Shown here piece after piece: positions 39,195 through 50,719 of a stretch of 64,000 bases of DNA (the first letter of the stretch is position 1; every line of letters starts with the position of its first letter). Position numbers and translations under genes: made by a program. Below the pieces are notes generated by a model. That model was given only the letters and a program-made list of their open reading frames with translations, did no database searches and was not told the DNA's origin. This stretch comes from Macrostomum lignano (taxonomy: Eukaryota), in NCBI GenBank assembly GCA_002269645.1, contig NIVC01000557.1:208109-272108 (forward strand), given 5' to 3'.

Positions 39195-40499
39195 ATGCGC
39201 CGGGGCTCTGTCGCCTGCCCGTTTTGTCCCAGGCGGTTCTGCCGCACCCGACCGGCAGCGGCGCAATACTTGCGTCATGTGCGGTCACACGGAATTGGCT
39301 ACGACTCGGAGCCTGAGGAGACGGCTGCGACCAACTCAGAAGCTGGCAGAGCGGCGGCGGTCGAGCAGGTCGCGTCTCGCAATGAGTCAGCGATGAAGCC
39401 GTGTACAGATGGCAGTCGTGCAGTGACAAATCGTGCTCAGGGTCTCCAGAAGCCGTTCCAGTGCGACACTTGTCAAAAGAAGTTCTCCAGGAGAAGCTAT
39501 CTCAATGCTCACATTAGTGTGGTGCACAGGAAGGCAACACCGCACAAATGCAAGCGGTGTGGGAAGTCCTTCTCAGCGAAACCTGATCTGCACGTGCACA
39601 GCCGGTCTCACACTGGTGAGAGACCGTTTGAGTGCAAGGTGTGCGGCAAGAGATTCAGTGACAGCAGCAGCCTTACTACACACTCCAGGCTGCACATAGG
39701 AGAAAAGCCATTTGAGTGCAAAGTGTGCGGCAAGAGATTCAGTGTCAGCAGCCATCTTACTACACACTCCAGGCAGCACACAGGAGAAAAGCCATTTGAG
39801 TGCAAAGTGTGCGGCAAGAGATTCAGTGTCAGCAGCAGCCTTACTACACACTCCAGGCAGCACACAGGAGAAAAGCCGTTTGAGTGCAAAGTATGCGGCA
39901 AGAGATTCAGTGACAGCAGCAATCTCACAACGCACTCAAGGCTGCACACAGGAGAAAAGCCATTTGAGTGCAAAGTGTGCGGCAAGAGATTCAGTGTCAG
40001 CAGCAGCCTTACTACACACTCCAGGCAGCACACAGGAGAAAAGCCATTTGAGTGCAAGGTGTGCGGCAAGAGATTCAGTGTCAACAGCTGTCTCACTAGG
40101 CACTTAAGGCTGCATACAGGAGAAAAGCCATTTGAGTGCAAGGTGTGCGGCAAGAGATTCAGTGACAGCAGCTGTCTCACTAAACACTTAAGGCTGCATA
40201 CAGGAGAAAAGCCATTTGAGTGCAAAGTGTGCAGCAAGAGATTCAGTGTCAGCAGCCATCTCACTAGGCACTCAAGGCTGCACACAGGAGAAAAGCCATT
40301 TGAGTGCAAAGTGTGCGGCAAGAGATTCAATCAAGTCAGCAATCTTAAGTGGCACTCCGACTGCACTTTCTGTAGCGAATATTCACCCTTGCGGCGCTCC
40401 GTCATTGCCGACGTGCACAATCGATCTTGGTCTTTAGTGTGCTCGGAATCCTTTAGCAGCTTTTTAGTTGTTTTATTCATGATCTTTAGACTTTGTTGA
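39195..40499 (+). CDS. Tandem C2H2 zinc-finger protein, paralogue 2 (8 homogenised fingers plus a frameshifted tail)
   Basis: 434-aa ORF with the same N-terminus as paralogue 1. Confidence 0.88.
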   Translation: MRRGSVACPFCPRRFCRTRPAAAQYLRHVRSHGIGYDSEPEETAATNSEAGRAAAVEQVASRNESAMKPCTDGSRAVTNRAQGLQKPFQCDTCQKKFSRRSYLNAHISVVHRKATPHKCKRCGKSFSAKPDLHVHSRSHTGERPFECKVCGKRFSDSSSLTTHSRLHIGEKPFECKVCGKRFSVSSHLTTHSRQHTGEKPFECKVCGKRFSVSSSLTTHSRQHTGEKPFECKVCGKRFSDSSNLTTHSRLHTGEKPFECKVCGKRFSVSSSLTTHSRQHTGEKPFECKVCGKRFSVNSCLTRHLRLHTGEKPFECKVCGKRFSDSSCLTKHLRLHTGEKPFECKVCSKRFSVSSHLTRHSRLHTGEKPFECKVCGKRFNQVSNLKWHSDCTFCSEYSPLRRSVIADVHNRSWSLVCSESFSSFLVVLFMIFRLC

Positions 40500-40544
40500 A
40501 TTCTCTTAAAGTGATGCATTCGGAAGCTAATCCAATATCCAATT

Positions 40545-41000
40545 AGTGACAGAACCTAATGGCCAGTTAGTGACAGCACTTAATGACCAGTTAATGACAA
40601 CACTCAATGACCAGTTAGTGACAGCACTCAATGACCAGTTAGTGACAGCACTCAATGACCAGTTAGGACAGCAATCAATGTCCAGTTAGTGACAGCACTC
40701 AATGACCAGTTAGTGACAGCACTCAATGACTAGTTTGTGACAGCACTCAATGAGCAGTTAGTGACAGCACTCAATGACCAGTTAGTGACAGCACTCAATG
40801 ACCAGTTAGTGACAGCACTCAATGAGCAGTTAGTGACAGCACTCAATGACCAGTTAGTGACAGCACTCAATGACCAGTTAGTGACAGCACTCAATGACCA
40901 GTTAGTGACAGCACTGAATGACCAGTTAGTGACAGCACTCAATGACCAGTTAGGACAGCAATCAATGTCCAATTCGTGACAGCACTCAATGACCAGTTAG
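40545..41000. repeat. 24-bp VNTR after ZF paralogue 2
   Basis: Same unit. Confidence 0.93.
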
Positions 41001-41406
41001 TGGCATTCAAATTTTACTTGTTTTCTTTTTAATTGGTTTGTTTAAATGTTTGCCAGGATATTTTAATTGCTTTTTTAATGACTTAATAGGCAACGTAAAC
41101 TCATCCATGTGTGTTATTTATTTGTGCATATAACAGCAAATCCTTTAATCGTCCCGTGTGTTTTCATTTCTGACAAATAATTGCTTAATTGCTGCTGCTA
41201 TGCTGACTACAGTATACTCGTGGGTCAGCAATTTCGTCTTGTTTATTTTGCAGCAAATGATAATACGAATATATTCATATGTATTGTAGGAGAAATTTCG
41301 CATGCTAATGTCTTAAAAAAGTAAATTGGTGAAATTCGGTGCATGGGTAGAAAAAAATTGAAAAAAAATTTTGCCTTTGTTTTTTCAATATGAACCTCAA
41401 TGTATT

Positions 41407-41812
41407 TGTAGCGTAAAGCGTATTCGCATTTAGAAAGTACATGTACGCTAGATTTATTTTTAGAATTAGAAAATCTTCCAGAAAATATGTTTTTAGTGCG
41501 AAGTTAAAGTTCATTTTAGAAATTTCCTTAAATTTAATTAAATGTTAATTTTACTATAAAATCCTAAATATAGAAGTTGTAATAATCGAATTTATTAATG
41601 CATTTTTACTGTAGAATTACGCATGAGTATTGAACGCAATTAACTTTGTTTTAATTAATGAAATTTCCAGAATTTTCCGGTTATATACAATACATCACTA
41701 TATAAAAAACTTAGACCAAATACTCAACTCGTTAAGTTTTCTTTTTCTTCTGAAAAGCTCAGAACCATCGCCTTTGCTCTCTCTATCTTTTGTTGACATC
41801 AACGTAGTTACA
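41407..41812 (+). repeat. 5' LTR (406 bp)
   Basis: TGTAGCGTAAAG...ACGTAGTTACA; both ends are repeated at 46057-46676. Confidence 0.95.
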
Positions 41813-41814
41813 AT

Positions 41815-41830
41815 TGGTCCGGTGAGGCGA
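41815..41830 (+). promoter_or_regulatory. Putative primer-binding site (TGGTCCGGTGAGGCGA); cognate tRNA not identified
   Basis: TGG begins after a 2-nt spacer behind the 5' LTR. Confidence 0.6.
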
Positions 41831-41838
41831 CACCAAAG

Positions 41839-42644
41839 ATGTCCAACGAAGACTCAATTCAACCCGAAGCCGACGCACTCCAGGGTCAGGACGCCGCGAA
41901 CGACGACGCTGCGCCAACTGGTCACCCAGCAGTGGCAGCTGTGGCTGTCAAGCCACCACCCTTCTATTGGACAAATCCAGAAACGTGGTTCTGCACTGGA
42001 GGCGCCGTTTAACTTAGCGCACATCACCTCTGAGAAAACTAAGTTTTTTCATCTGGTCGCTCATTTACCCAAGGACATCGGCTCGGTCTTCCTGTCCAGA
42101 GATTCGCTATCGTCAGCTAATGCGCAGAGCTACACCAACCTGAAGAAAGGCGTCTGCAACATGCTGCAGAAGAGCCAACAAGAAAAAATCAATGAAATCC
42201 TGGCAACCTCAGACCTGTCGGGTCGCACTGTCGGGCTTCCAAGGCCAATCCCCTACGGAGATCGCCACCATCGCCGACGCGATGTTCAGCTTCAGCGTCC
42301 AGAGTAACGACGGGAAGATCAACGCAATAGGGCAGCTCGGAGCAGCGCAGCCTGTCGCTGCCATCCCAGCTCAGCACACCCAAGGCTCATCTGCGACGCG
42401 GAGACCACCTCGCAACGACATGCCGCCGTTCCGACCTGGTCAACGTCCAGTCGTCTGCCGCGTGCATGTCTTCTACGGCCTGCAGGCGCGCACATGCCGC
42501 CGGTGGTGTCAGTTTCCGAAGTTTCCGGGACACCAGCCACGCGTCCTTAGCAACCGCGAGTCAACGCCCGCCCAGTCTTGCTCTAACTCGCCTGTGCGTC
42601 GCGGTCCGGAAAACTGGGCGGCGCTGCCCAACACGCCGCAGTAA
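41839..42644 (+). pseudogene. gag: Gypsy gag, frameshifted near 41995 and apparently internally deleted near 42225
   Basis: KPPPFYWTNPETWF in one frame continues as LEAPFNLAHITSEKTKFFHLV in another. A C-terminal CRVHVFYGLQARTCRRWCQF Cys/His motif is present, and the direct repeat CTGTCGGG flanks the apparent deletion. Confidence 0.82.
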
Positions 42645-45600
42645 GCAGCGCCATCAGCGATAGAGTGGCGAACCAAGCCTTCCTGGTGGTAGATCTGACC
42701 TTCAACAGCCAAGTCCTTGCCTTCCTCGTCGACACTGGTGCCGCAGCATCCATCATCCCATCGAAGTATCTACACCAGGCCCTCCAAGCGACCGGATTCC
42801 GCTTAACCACAGGTGCTCCAATCCCGGTTGCTGGAGAAGTTACGCTCGATGTCGCCATTCGAGGCCTGCACCGCTCGTTCCGCTGGACCTTCTTGATCGT
42901 CGCCGTGGTTCAGCCCATACTGGGCTATGACTTCCTATCGCACTATGGGTTGCTAGTCGACTGCAAGACGCGCCAACTGGTCGATCCTGAAACAAAGCTG
43001 CGCACGCAGACACTGCCGGTTGCCGCGATGCAGCTCGACACCTTCAGCGTTTCCTTGGCGTACCCACACAACTGCGATCAGCGGATCCGTCAGCTCATCG
43101 ATCGCTTCACAGACACCTTCACATACGTGGAGGGAAGTCGCCTGCCACCAACCGAAGAGGTGAAGCACGACACGCGTCACGTCATCGTTACCGGCGAGCA
43201 TCGACCGACTCACGCCAAGGCCAGGCAGCTACGCCCCGAGAAACTAGCCATTGCGAAGAATGAGTTCCAGCAGCTGATTGATGCCGGATACCTGCGACCT
43301 TCGTCCAGCAGCTGGGCATCACCGCTGCACATGGTGCCAAAGAAGGACGACGGTGTTCCGAATGGCAAGTGGAGACCCTGCGGGGATTATCGGCAGCTCA
43401 ACAGGTTGACCAAGCCCGACAAGTATCCGATTCCTCACATCCAGTGCTTCACGAGGAGCCTGCACGGGGCGAAAGTCTTTTCGAAACTCGACCTGGTGAG
43501 AGCGTACCATCAGATCCCGATCGCCGAAGAAGATATTCACAAGACCGCCATAGTCACGCCATTCGGGTTGTACAAGTGGACCCGCATGCCATTCGGCCTG
43601 AGGAACGCTGCGCAAACCTTTCAGCGGTTCATCGACGGTGTGCTCCGCGGACTCCCTTTCGCCATCTCCTATATCGACGACCTGCTGGTGGCATCTGCGA
43701 GCGAAGAGGAGCACCTGCAACACCTGGAAGCTGTCCTGTCACGATTGGATCACTACGGACTCAAAGTGCAGCTGGCCAAATGCGTTTTCATGCAACCGGA
43801 AGTCACGTTCCTAGGGCATCACGTCTCAGCCAACGGTATCCGCCCGCTTGCCTCCAAGGTAGACGCCATTCAACAGTGGCCGGCGCCCAAGGACGCGAAC
43901 GTTTTACGGCGATTCCTCGGGGTCATCGGCTTTTATCGGCGTTTCATTCCGCACTTTGCTGACATCGCCGCGCCACTGCAAGACCTCGTTGCATCGGCAC
44001 GACGTTCACCGCGAGCCTACACCTGGGGACAAGTCCAAGAAGAGGCATTCAGGCGACTCAAGGAGAGCCTGGCTGAGCGACTGCTGCTTTAGCACCCGGA
44101 CCCGAACTGCGAGTCCTACAGCTTGGTGACAGACGCTTCATCCACCAGCATCGGCGCTGCGCTTCATCAAGCGTCAAGCGAGACCGCGACACCGATTGGC
44201 CTATTCAGCAAGAAGTTGACGGCTGCGCAGCAGAAATACTTCGCGTTCGATCGAGAGCTTCTCGCCGTATATCTCGCGGTGCTGCACTTCCGGAGCTTGA
44301 TTGAGGGACGCAACGTGACGGTCTTCACGGACCACAAGCCCTTAGTTCAAGCGTTTCACAGCAGCAGAGACAGCACATCGGACAGGGACCAGCGATACCT
44401 CAGCGTCATCACGGAGTACGTCACGGACGTCAGCTACATCCGAGGCGCCGACAACGTCGTCGCAGACGCTCTCTCTAGACTCGACGCCGACAACAGGGCG
44501 AGCATCGGGCATGTCGACGCCGGCCAGCCACCACCAGCGCCGATCGATATCCCAGCCATCGCAGACCAGCAGCAACTGGAAGACATGCAACCATCCGACA
44601 ACTGCCGCGTCTTCCCGGTGGACGGCAACAGGTCACTGCTCTGCGAGACGTCGGCAAGCTACCCGCGACCGGTGATTCCAAAGGCGATGCAACAGTCGCT
44701 GATCAGACACTTCCATGACTTGGGTCACTTCGGCCTCCGCAAGACAGCCCGCCTCATCACATCGCGCTACTACTGGCCCAACATGCGCTTCGATATCAAG
44801 AGCTACTGCCGAGCCTGTGAGACTTGTCAACGCACCAAGATCAGCCGGCACACCATCTCCGGCAGCACATCGTTTGACCTGCCTTCTAACCGACTGGAGA
44901 CGGTCCATATCGACATCGTCGGCCCCTTGCCTGTTCCGGAGCGCAAGTACGACATCTCCTGCGGCCTGACCCCAAGGTATCTGCTTACGATGATCGACCG
45001 GGGCACTGGTTGGTTCGAGGCTGCTCCGCTTGAGTCCATCACAGCTTCCAGCGTCGCCGCCGCCTTCCTGGCTACTTGGATTTCCCGATACGGAGTGCCG
45101 CTCTACATCCTTACGGATCGAGGAGCCCAATTCGAGGCGGACCTCTTCAAGTACCTCGCCAGCCGGGTCGGTTTCTTTCGCCTGAGGACAACGGCGTATC
45201 ACCCGCAGGCAAACGGGAAGGTCGAGCGGGCGCACCGGACGCTGAAGAACATCCTGAAGGCTCATGGACCTTCATGGCTGGACAGTCTGCCGCTCGCGTT
45301 GCTCGCCATGCACATCACTCCGGACGAGAACGGCGTCAGCCCGTTTACGCGCCTCACAGGTGAGCATCCCATGATTCCGCGAGTCCTGGCGACAGACGAC
45401 ATTGAACCTCAGACGCTCCAGCTTCGGATGGACAACATCATCGACGATGAACAACGCCCAGGCACGACAGCACCAGCGCGGCAGTACATCCCGGCTGACC
45501 TGTGGAGCGCCGAGAAAGTCTGGCTGAGGGTGGACTGCGTGCGCAAGCCCCTTGAAGCGCCCTATCAAGGCCCCTTCCAAGTCATCCAAAAGACGGCAAA

Positions 45601-45931
45601 GTTTTTCGTCATCGAGACGCGTCCAGGTCACCAGGAAACCGTTTCTATCGACCGTCTGAAGCCGCTTCGAGGACCCCGAAGAGCCAACGGCGCACGGCAA
45701 ACTAAGCAGCACCGACCGGAGAATCTGCCATCGTCGCAACAGCTATCTGACACACCGACATCGGCAGCCGAGTCGAGCTTACCAACGCCGACAGCAGTGG
45801 CATCCGACCTGCCAGCAGCGTCACCGAATCCGGACCCACCCGCTGCGCCCGCCGCGACAGAGCCGGAACGGGTGACCAGGAGCGGTCGCCGCATGAGATT
45901 CACCAAAGACAATAATTTTCATTACTATTGA
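42608..45931 (+). pseudogene. pol: Gypsy pol (protease, RT, RNase H, integrase), -1 relative to gag, with one in-frame TAG at 44090-44092
   Basis: FLVDTGA protease; [11 protein letters not shown] and YIDD in RT; VTDAS/DRELLA/TDHKPL in RNase H; HHCC, HIDIVGP, TDRGAQF and VERAHR integrase core; PYQGPF motif. ORFs 42665-44092 and 44123-45931 share one frame. Confidence 0.95.
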
Positions 45932-46038
45932 CATCGCGCTTTTCCAATTTTTCAATTTTCTTTCATCGCGTTTCAGTTGAACTGTACCGTACCGTTTTCA
46001 TTGCTTCTTGCTTAAGACCTGGGGACTCCGTCTTCCGT

Positions 46039-46052
46039 GGGGGGGGGGGGAA
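46039..46052 (+). promoter_or_regulatory. Polypurine tract
   Basis: A G12-AA run ending 4 nt before the 3' LTR. Confidence 0.85.
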
Positions 46053-46056
46053 CTAT

Positions 46057-46676
46057 TGTAGCGTAAAGCGTATTCGCATTTAGAAAGTACATGTACGCTA
46101 GATTTATTTTTAGAATTAGAATCAGTGGCGTATCATGGATTTTGAAATGGGGGGGATAACTTTTAGGGACAAAATTTTTGACTGATAAAAAAGTTTTTTT
46201 GCATTTTTTGCTTACGAGTACAATATGCGTTTAAAAAGTACCAAAACTGCGTTTATTGGGCTCAAAAAACTTTACTTTGTTAAAATCAGAATAAAGCCGG
46301 CAGACTTATGTACTAAATACGACATTTTAGGAACTAGAGATTCGCCGAGATAATCATTTAAAACATTTTAATAGTAACTACTGGTAAAATAGGCCGATTT
46401 TGGCAATTTTTCTACGTCTATGCTGCTGCATATTGCATTTTTTTCGAAAAAAAACTCATTTTTGTTTCCTATAAATCATAAAAATGAGGGGGGGATATAT
46501 CCCCGTATTCCCCCCCAGCATACGCCCTTGATTAGAATTTTCCGGTTATATACAATACATCACTATAAATAAACTTAGACCAAATACTCAACTCGTTAAG
46601 TTTTCTTTTTCTTCTGAAAAGCTCAGAACCATCGCCTTTGCTCTCTCTATCTTTTGTTGACATCAACGTAGTTACA
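46057..46676 (+). repeat. 3' LTR (lacks 201 bp present in the 5' LTR and carries a 408-bp insertion)
   Basis: Its first ~65 bp and last ~140 bp match the 5' LTR. Confidence 0.93.
46123..46530. mobile_element. hAT-type MITE (family B) nested in the 3' LTR
   Basis: Imperfect TIRs CAGTGGCGTA / TACGCCCTTG; perfect 8-bp TSD ATTAGAAT. Confidence 0.9.
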
Positions 46677-46901
46677 CATTCAGATGCAAATCGAATGCTT
46701 GAATATTTTGTCTCCATACCAAAATATCTTTATCATTAAACTGAATCTTCTGACAATACGTGATTAAAAATCTTTGAACGTCATTCAAACTTGCATGACA
46801 AAGTGACGAAGTCTCTTTCGCTCCGCATTGCAGCTCAAGGCAGAGACGGGCTTCGAGCATCGGCATCTCAGCACGGATTGTAGCCCCACAGTTTCTCAGA
46901 G

Positions 46902-47924
46902 ATGCGCCGGGGCTCTGTCGCCTGCCCGTTTTGTCCCAGGCGGTTCTGCCGCACCCGACCGGCAGCGGCGCAGTACTTGCGTCATGTGCGGTCACACGGA
47001 ATTGGCCGCGACTCGGAGCCTGAGGAGGCGGCTGCGACCAACTCAGAAGCTGGCAGAGCGGCGGCGGTCGAGCAGGTCGCGTCTCGCAATGGGTCAGCGA
47101 TGCAGCCGTGTGCAGATGGCAGTCGTGCAGTGACAAATAGTGCTCAGGGTCTCCAGAAGCCGTTCCAGTGCGACACTTGTCAAAAGAAGTTCTCCAGGAG
47201 AAGCTATCTCAATGCTCACATTAGTGTGGTGCACAGGAAGGCAAAACCGCACAAATGCAAGCGGTGTGGGAAGTCCTTCTCAGCAAAACACGATCTGCAC
47301 GTGCACAGCCGGTCTCACACTGGTGAGAGACCGTTTGAGTGCAAGTTGTGCGGCAAGAGATTCAGTGTCAGCAGCAGCCTTACTACACACTCCAGGCTGC
47401 ACACAGGAGAAAAGCCATTTGAGTGCAAAGTGTGCGGCAAGAGATTCAGTGTCAGCAGCCATCTCACTAAGCACGCAAGGCTGCACACAGGAGAAAAGCC
47501 ATTTGAGTGCAAAGTATGCGGCAAGAGATTCAGTGTCAGCAGCAGCCTTACTACACACTCCAGGCAGCACACAGGAGAAAAGCCATTTGAGTGCAAAGTG
47601 TGCGGCAAGAGATTCAGTTTCAGCAGCAGCCTTACTACACACTCCAGGCAGCATACAGGAGAAAAGCCATTTGAGTGCAAGGTGTGCGGCAAGAGATTCA
47701 GTGACAGCAGCAATCTCACAACGCACTCAAGGCTGCACACAGGAGAAAAGCCATTTGAGTGCAAAGTGTGCGGCAAGAAATTCAGTGTCAGCAGCAGCCT
47801 TACTACACACTCCAGGATGCACACAGGAGAAAAGCCATTTGAGTGCAAAGTGTGCGGCAAGAGATTCAGTGACAGCAGCCATCTTACTAGGCACTCAAGG
47901 CTCCACACAAGAAAAGCCATTTGA
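46902..47924 (+). CDS. Tandem C2H2 zinc-finger protein, paralogue 3 (7 homogenised fingers)
   Basis: 340-aa ORF with the same TRKAI* 2-bp deletion as paralogue 1. Confidence 0.87.
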   Translation: MRRGSVACPFCPRRFCRTRPAAAQYLRHVRSHGIGRDSEPEEAAATNSEAGRAAAVEQVASRNGSAMQPCADGSRAVTNSAQGLQKPFQCDTCQKKFSRRSYLNAHISVVHRKAKPHKCKRCGKSFSAKHDLHVHSRSHTGERPFECKLCGKRFSVSSSLTTHSRLHTGEKPFECKVCGKRFSVSSHLTKHARLHTGEKPFECKVCGKRFSVSSSLTTHSRQHTGEKPFECKVCGKRFSFSSSLTTHSRQHTGEKPFECKVCGKRFSDSSNLTTHSRLHTGEKPFECKVCGKKFSVSSSLTTHSRMHTGEKPFECKVCGKRFSDSSHLTRHSRLHTRKAI

Positions 47925-48159
47925 GTGCAAAGTGTGCGGCAAGAAATTCAATCAAGTCAAGAATCTTAAGTGGCACTCCGACTGCACTTTCTGTAGCGAA
48001 TATTCACCCTTGCGGCGCTCCGTCATTGCCGACGTGCACAATCGGTCTTGGTCTTTAGTGTGCTCGCATTCCTTTAGCAGCTGTTTTGTCGTTTTATTCA
48101 TGATCTTCGGACTTTGTTGAATTCTCTTAAGGCATTCGGAAGCTAATCCAATATCCAAT

Positions 48160-48525
48160 TAAGGGCAGCACCTAATGGCCAGTTAGTGACAGCACTTAAT
48201 GACCAGTCAGTGAGAGCACTCAATGACCAGTTAGTGACAGCACTCAATGAGCAGCCAGTGACAGCACTCAATGACCAGTTAGTGACAGCACTCAATGACC
48301 AGTTAGTGACAGCACTCAAAGACCAGCTAGTGACAGCACTCAAAGACCAGTTAGTGACAGCACTCAAAGACCAGTTAGTGACAGCACTCAAAGACCAGCT
48401 AGTGACAGCACTCAATGACCAGTTATTGAGAGCACTCAATGACCAGTTATTGACAGCACTCAACGACCAGTTAGTGACAGCACTTAACGACCAGTTAGTG
48501 ACACTGACAGCAATCAATGACCAGT
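48160..48525. repeat. 24-bp VNTR after ZF paralogue 3
   Basis: Same unit. Confidence 0.93.
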
Positions 48526-49375
48526 AGGCACTGAATACACTATACTGCACTGTACTGCTAGACCAGCTTTTTACTTTGTTTTCCTGCTAAAGGTTTCCAA
48601 TTGTTTCCGAATCATTTCCTTACTTACTGTAGAAGTACTTAGCACTTCAACTTTTTCTTTGACCCCCTAACTTGCGTTTCAATTTTGTGCAATTAAGCGT
48701 TATTATCGAACCTTTTCTCCCCTGTATTTATAAATTACACCGGTGGCATTCAAATTTTACTTGTTTTCTTTACTAATTGGTTTGTTTAAATGTTTGCCAG
48801 GATATTTTAATTGCTTTTTTAATGACTTAATAGGCAACGTAAACCCATCCACCTGTGCTTTTTATTTGTGCATATAACAGCAAATCGTTGAATCGCCCCG
48901 TGTGTTTTCATTTCTGACAAATAATTGCGTAATTGCTGCTGCTATGCTGACTACTACAGTTATATAATCGTGGGTCAGCAATTTCGTCTTGTTAATTTTG
49001 CAGCAAATGATAATAAGAGTATATTCATACGTATTGTAAGAGAAATTTCATAAAAAGTACATAAGTGAAATTCGGTGCACGGGTAGCAACAAAAAACAAG
49101 TTTAAAAAATAGTTATGCCTTTATTCTTTAAATATGAACCTCAATGCGTTCAGATGCAAATTGAATGCTTGAATCTTTTGTCTCCATACTAAAATATCTT
49201 TATCATTAAACGGAATCTAGTTTCTGACAATACGTGTTTAAAAATCTTTGAACGTCATTCAAACTTGCATGACAAAGTGACGAAGTCTCTATCGCTCCGC
49301 ATTGCAGCTCAAGGCAGAGACGGGCTTCGAGCATCGGCATCTCAGCACGGATTGTAGCCCCACAGTTTTTCAGAG

Positions 49376-50533
49376 ATGCGCCGGGGCTCTGTCGCCTGCC
49401 CGTTTTGTCCCAGGCGGTTCTGCCGCACCCGACCAGCAGCGGCGCAGTACTTGCGTCATGTGCGGTCACACGGAATTGGCCGCGACTCGGAGTCTGAGGA
49501 GGCGGCTGCGACCAACTCAGAAGCTGGCAGAGCGGCGGCGGTCGAGCAGGTCGCGTCTCGCAATGGGTCAGCGATGCAGCCGTGTGCAGATGGCAGTCGT
49601 GCAGTGACAAATAGTGCTCAGGGTCTCCAGAAGCCGTTCCAGTGCGACACTTGTCAAAAGAAGTTCTCCTGGAGAAGCTATCTCAATGCTCACATTAGTG
49701 TGGTGCACAGGAAGGCAAAACCGCACAAATGCAAGCGGTGTGGGAAGTCCTTCTCAGCAAAACACGATCTGCACGTGCACAGCCGGTCTCACACTGGTGA
49801 GAGACCGTTTGAGTGCAAGTTGTGCGGCAAGAGATTCAGTGTCAGCAGCAGCCTTACTACACACTCCAGGCTGCATACAGGAGAAAAGCCGTTTGAGTGC
49901 AAAGTGTGCGGCAAGAGATTCAGTGTCAGCAGCAGCCTTACTACACACTCCAGGCTGCACACAGGAGAAAAGCCATTTGAGTGCAAAGTGTGCGGCAAGA
50001 GATTCAGTGTCAGCAGCCATCTCACTAAGCACGCAAGGCTGCACACAGGAGAAAAGCCATTTGAGTGCAAAGTATGCGGCAAGAGATTCAGTGTCAGCAG
50101 CAGCCTTACTACACACTCCAGGCAGCACACAGGAGAAAAGCCATTTGAATGCAAAGTGTGCGGCAAGAGATTCAGTGTCAGCAGCAGCCTTACTACACAC
50201 TCCAGGCTGCATACAGGAGAAAAGCCATTTGAGTGCAAAGTGTGCGGCAAGAGATTCAGTGACAGCAGCCATCTTACTACACACTCGAGGCTGCACACAG
50301 GAGAAAAGCCATTTGAGTGCAAAGTGTGCGGCAAGAGATTCAGTGACAGCAGCCATCTTACTAGGCACTCAGGGCTGCACACAGGAGAAAAGCCATTTGA
50401 GTGCAAAGTGTGCGGCAAGAGATTCAGGGTCAGCAGCCATCTCACTAAGCACTCAAGGCTGCACACAGGAGAAAAGCCATTTGAGTGCAAAGTGTGCGGC
50501 AAGAAATTCAATCAAGTCAAGAATCTTAAGTAG
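49376..50533 (+). CDS. Tandem C2H2 zinc-finger protein, paralogue 4 (8 homogenised fingers)
   Basis: 385-aa ORF ending at TAG where the other copies have TGG. Confidence 0.87.
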   Translation: MRRGSVACPFCPRRFCRTRPAAAQYLRHVRSHGIGRDSESEEAAATNSEAGRAAAVEQVASRNGSAMQPCADGSRAVTNSAQGLQKPFQCDTCQKKFSWRSYLNAHISVVHRKAKPHKCKRCGKSFSAKHDLHVHSRSHTGERPFECKLCGKRFSVSSSLTTHSRLHTGEKPFECKVCGKRFSVSSSLTTHSRLHTGEKPFECKVCGKRFSVSSHLTKHARLHTGEKPFECKVCGKRFSVSSSLTTHSRQHTGEKPFECKVCGKRFSVSSSLTTHSRLHTGEKPFECKVCGKRFSDSSHLTTHSRLHTGEKPFECKVCGKRFSDSSHLTRHSGLHTGEKPFECKVCGKRFRVSSHLTKHSRLHTGEKPFECKVCGKKFNQVKNLK

Positions 50534-50719
50534 CACTCCGACTGCACTTTCTGTAGCGAATATTCACCCTTGCGGCGCTCCGTCATTGCCGACGTGCACA
50601 ATCGGTCTTGGTCTTTAGTGTGCTCGCAATCCTTTAGCAGCTGTTTTGTCGTTTTATTCATGATCTTCGGACTTTGTTGAATTCTCTTAAAGCATTCGGA
50701 AGCTAATCCAATATCCAAT

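Larger units (their letters stand above)
41407..46676 (+). mobile_element. Full-length Ty3/Gypsy LTR retrotransposon, disabled
   Basis: LTRs with TGTA...TACA ends, a TGG-initiated PBS, a G12 PPT, and the domain order gag-PR-RT-RH-IN. The 4-bp TSD is TATT/CATT; the paralogous empty sites read AATG-CATT-CAG. Confidence 0.96.

Noticed and set aside
42319-45912. Antisense and alternative-frame ORFs inside the Gypsy element (possible env or accessory gene)
   Set aside because: They are shadows of GC-rich pol. There is no separate ORF between integrase and the PPT and no signal or transmembrane features.
35360-50618. Long shifted-frame and antisense ORFs over the ZF arrays (possible dual coding)
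   Set aside because: An expected by-product of homogenised 84-bp units lacking stops. They are broken in paralogue 2 and mostly lack ATG starts.
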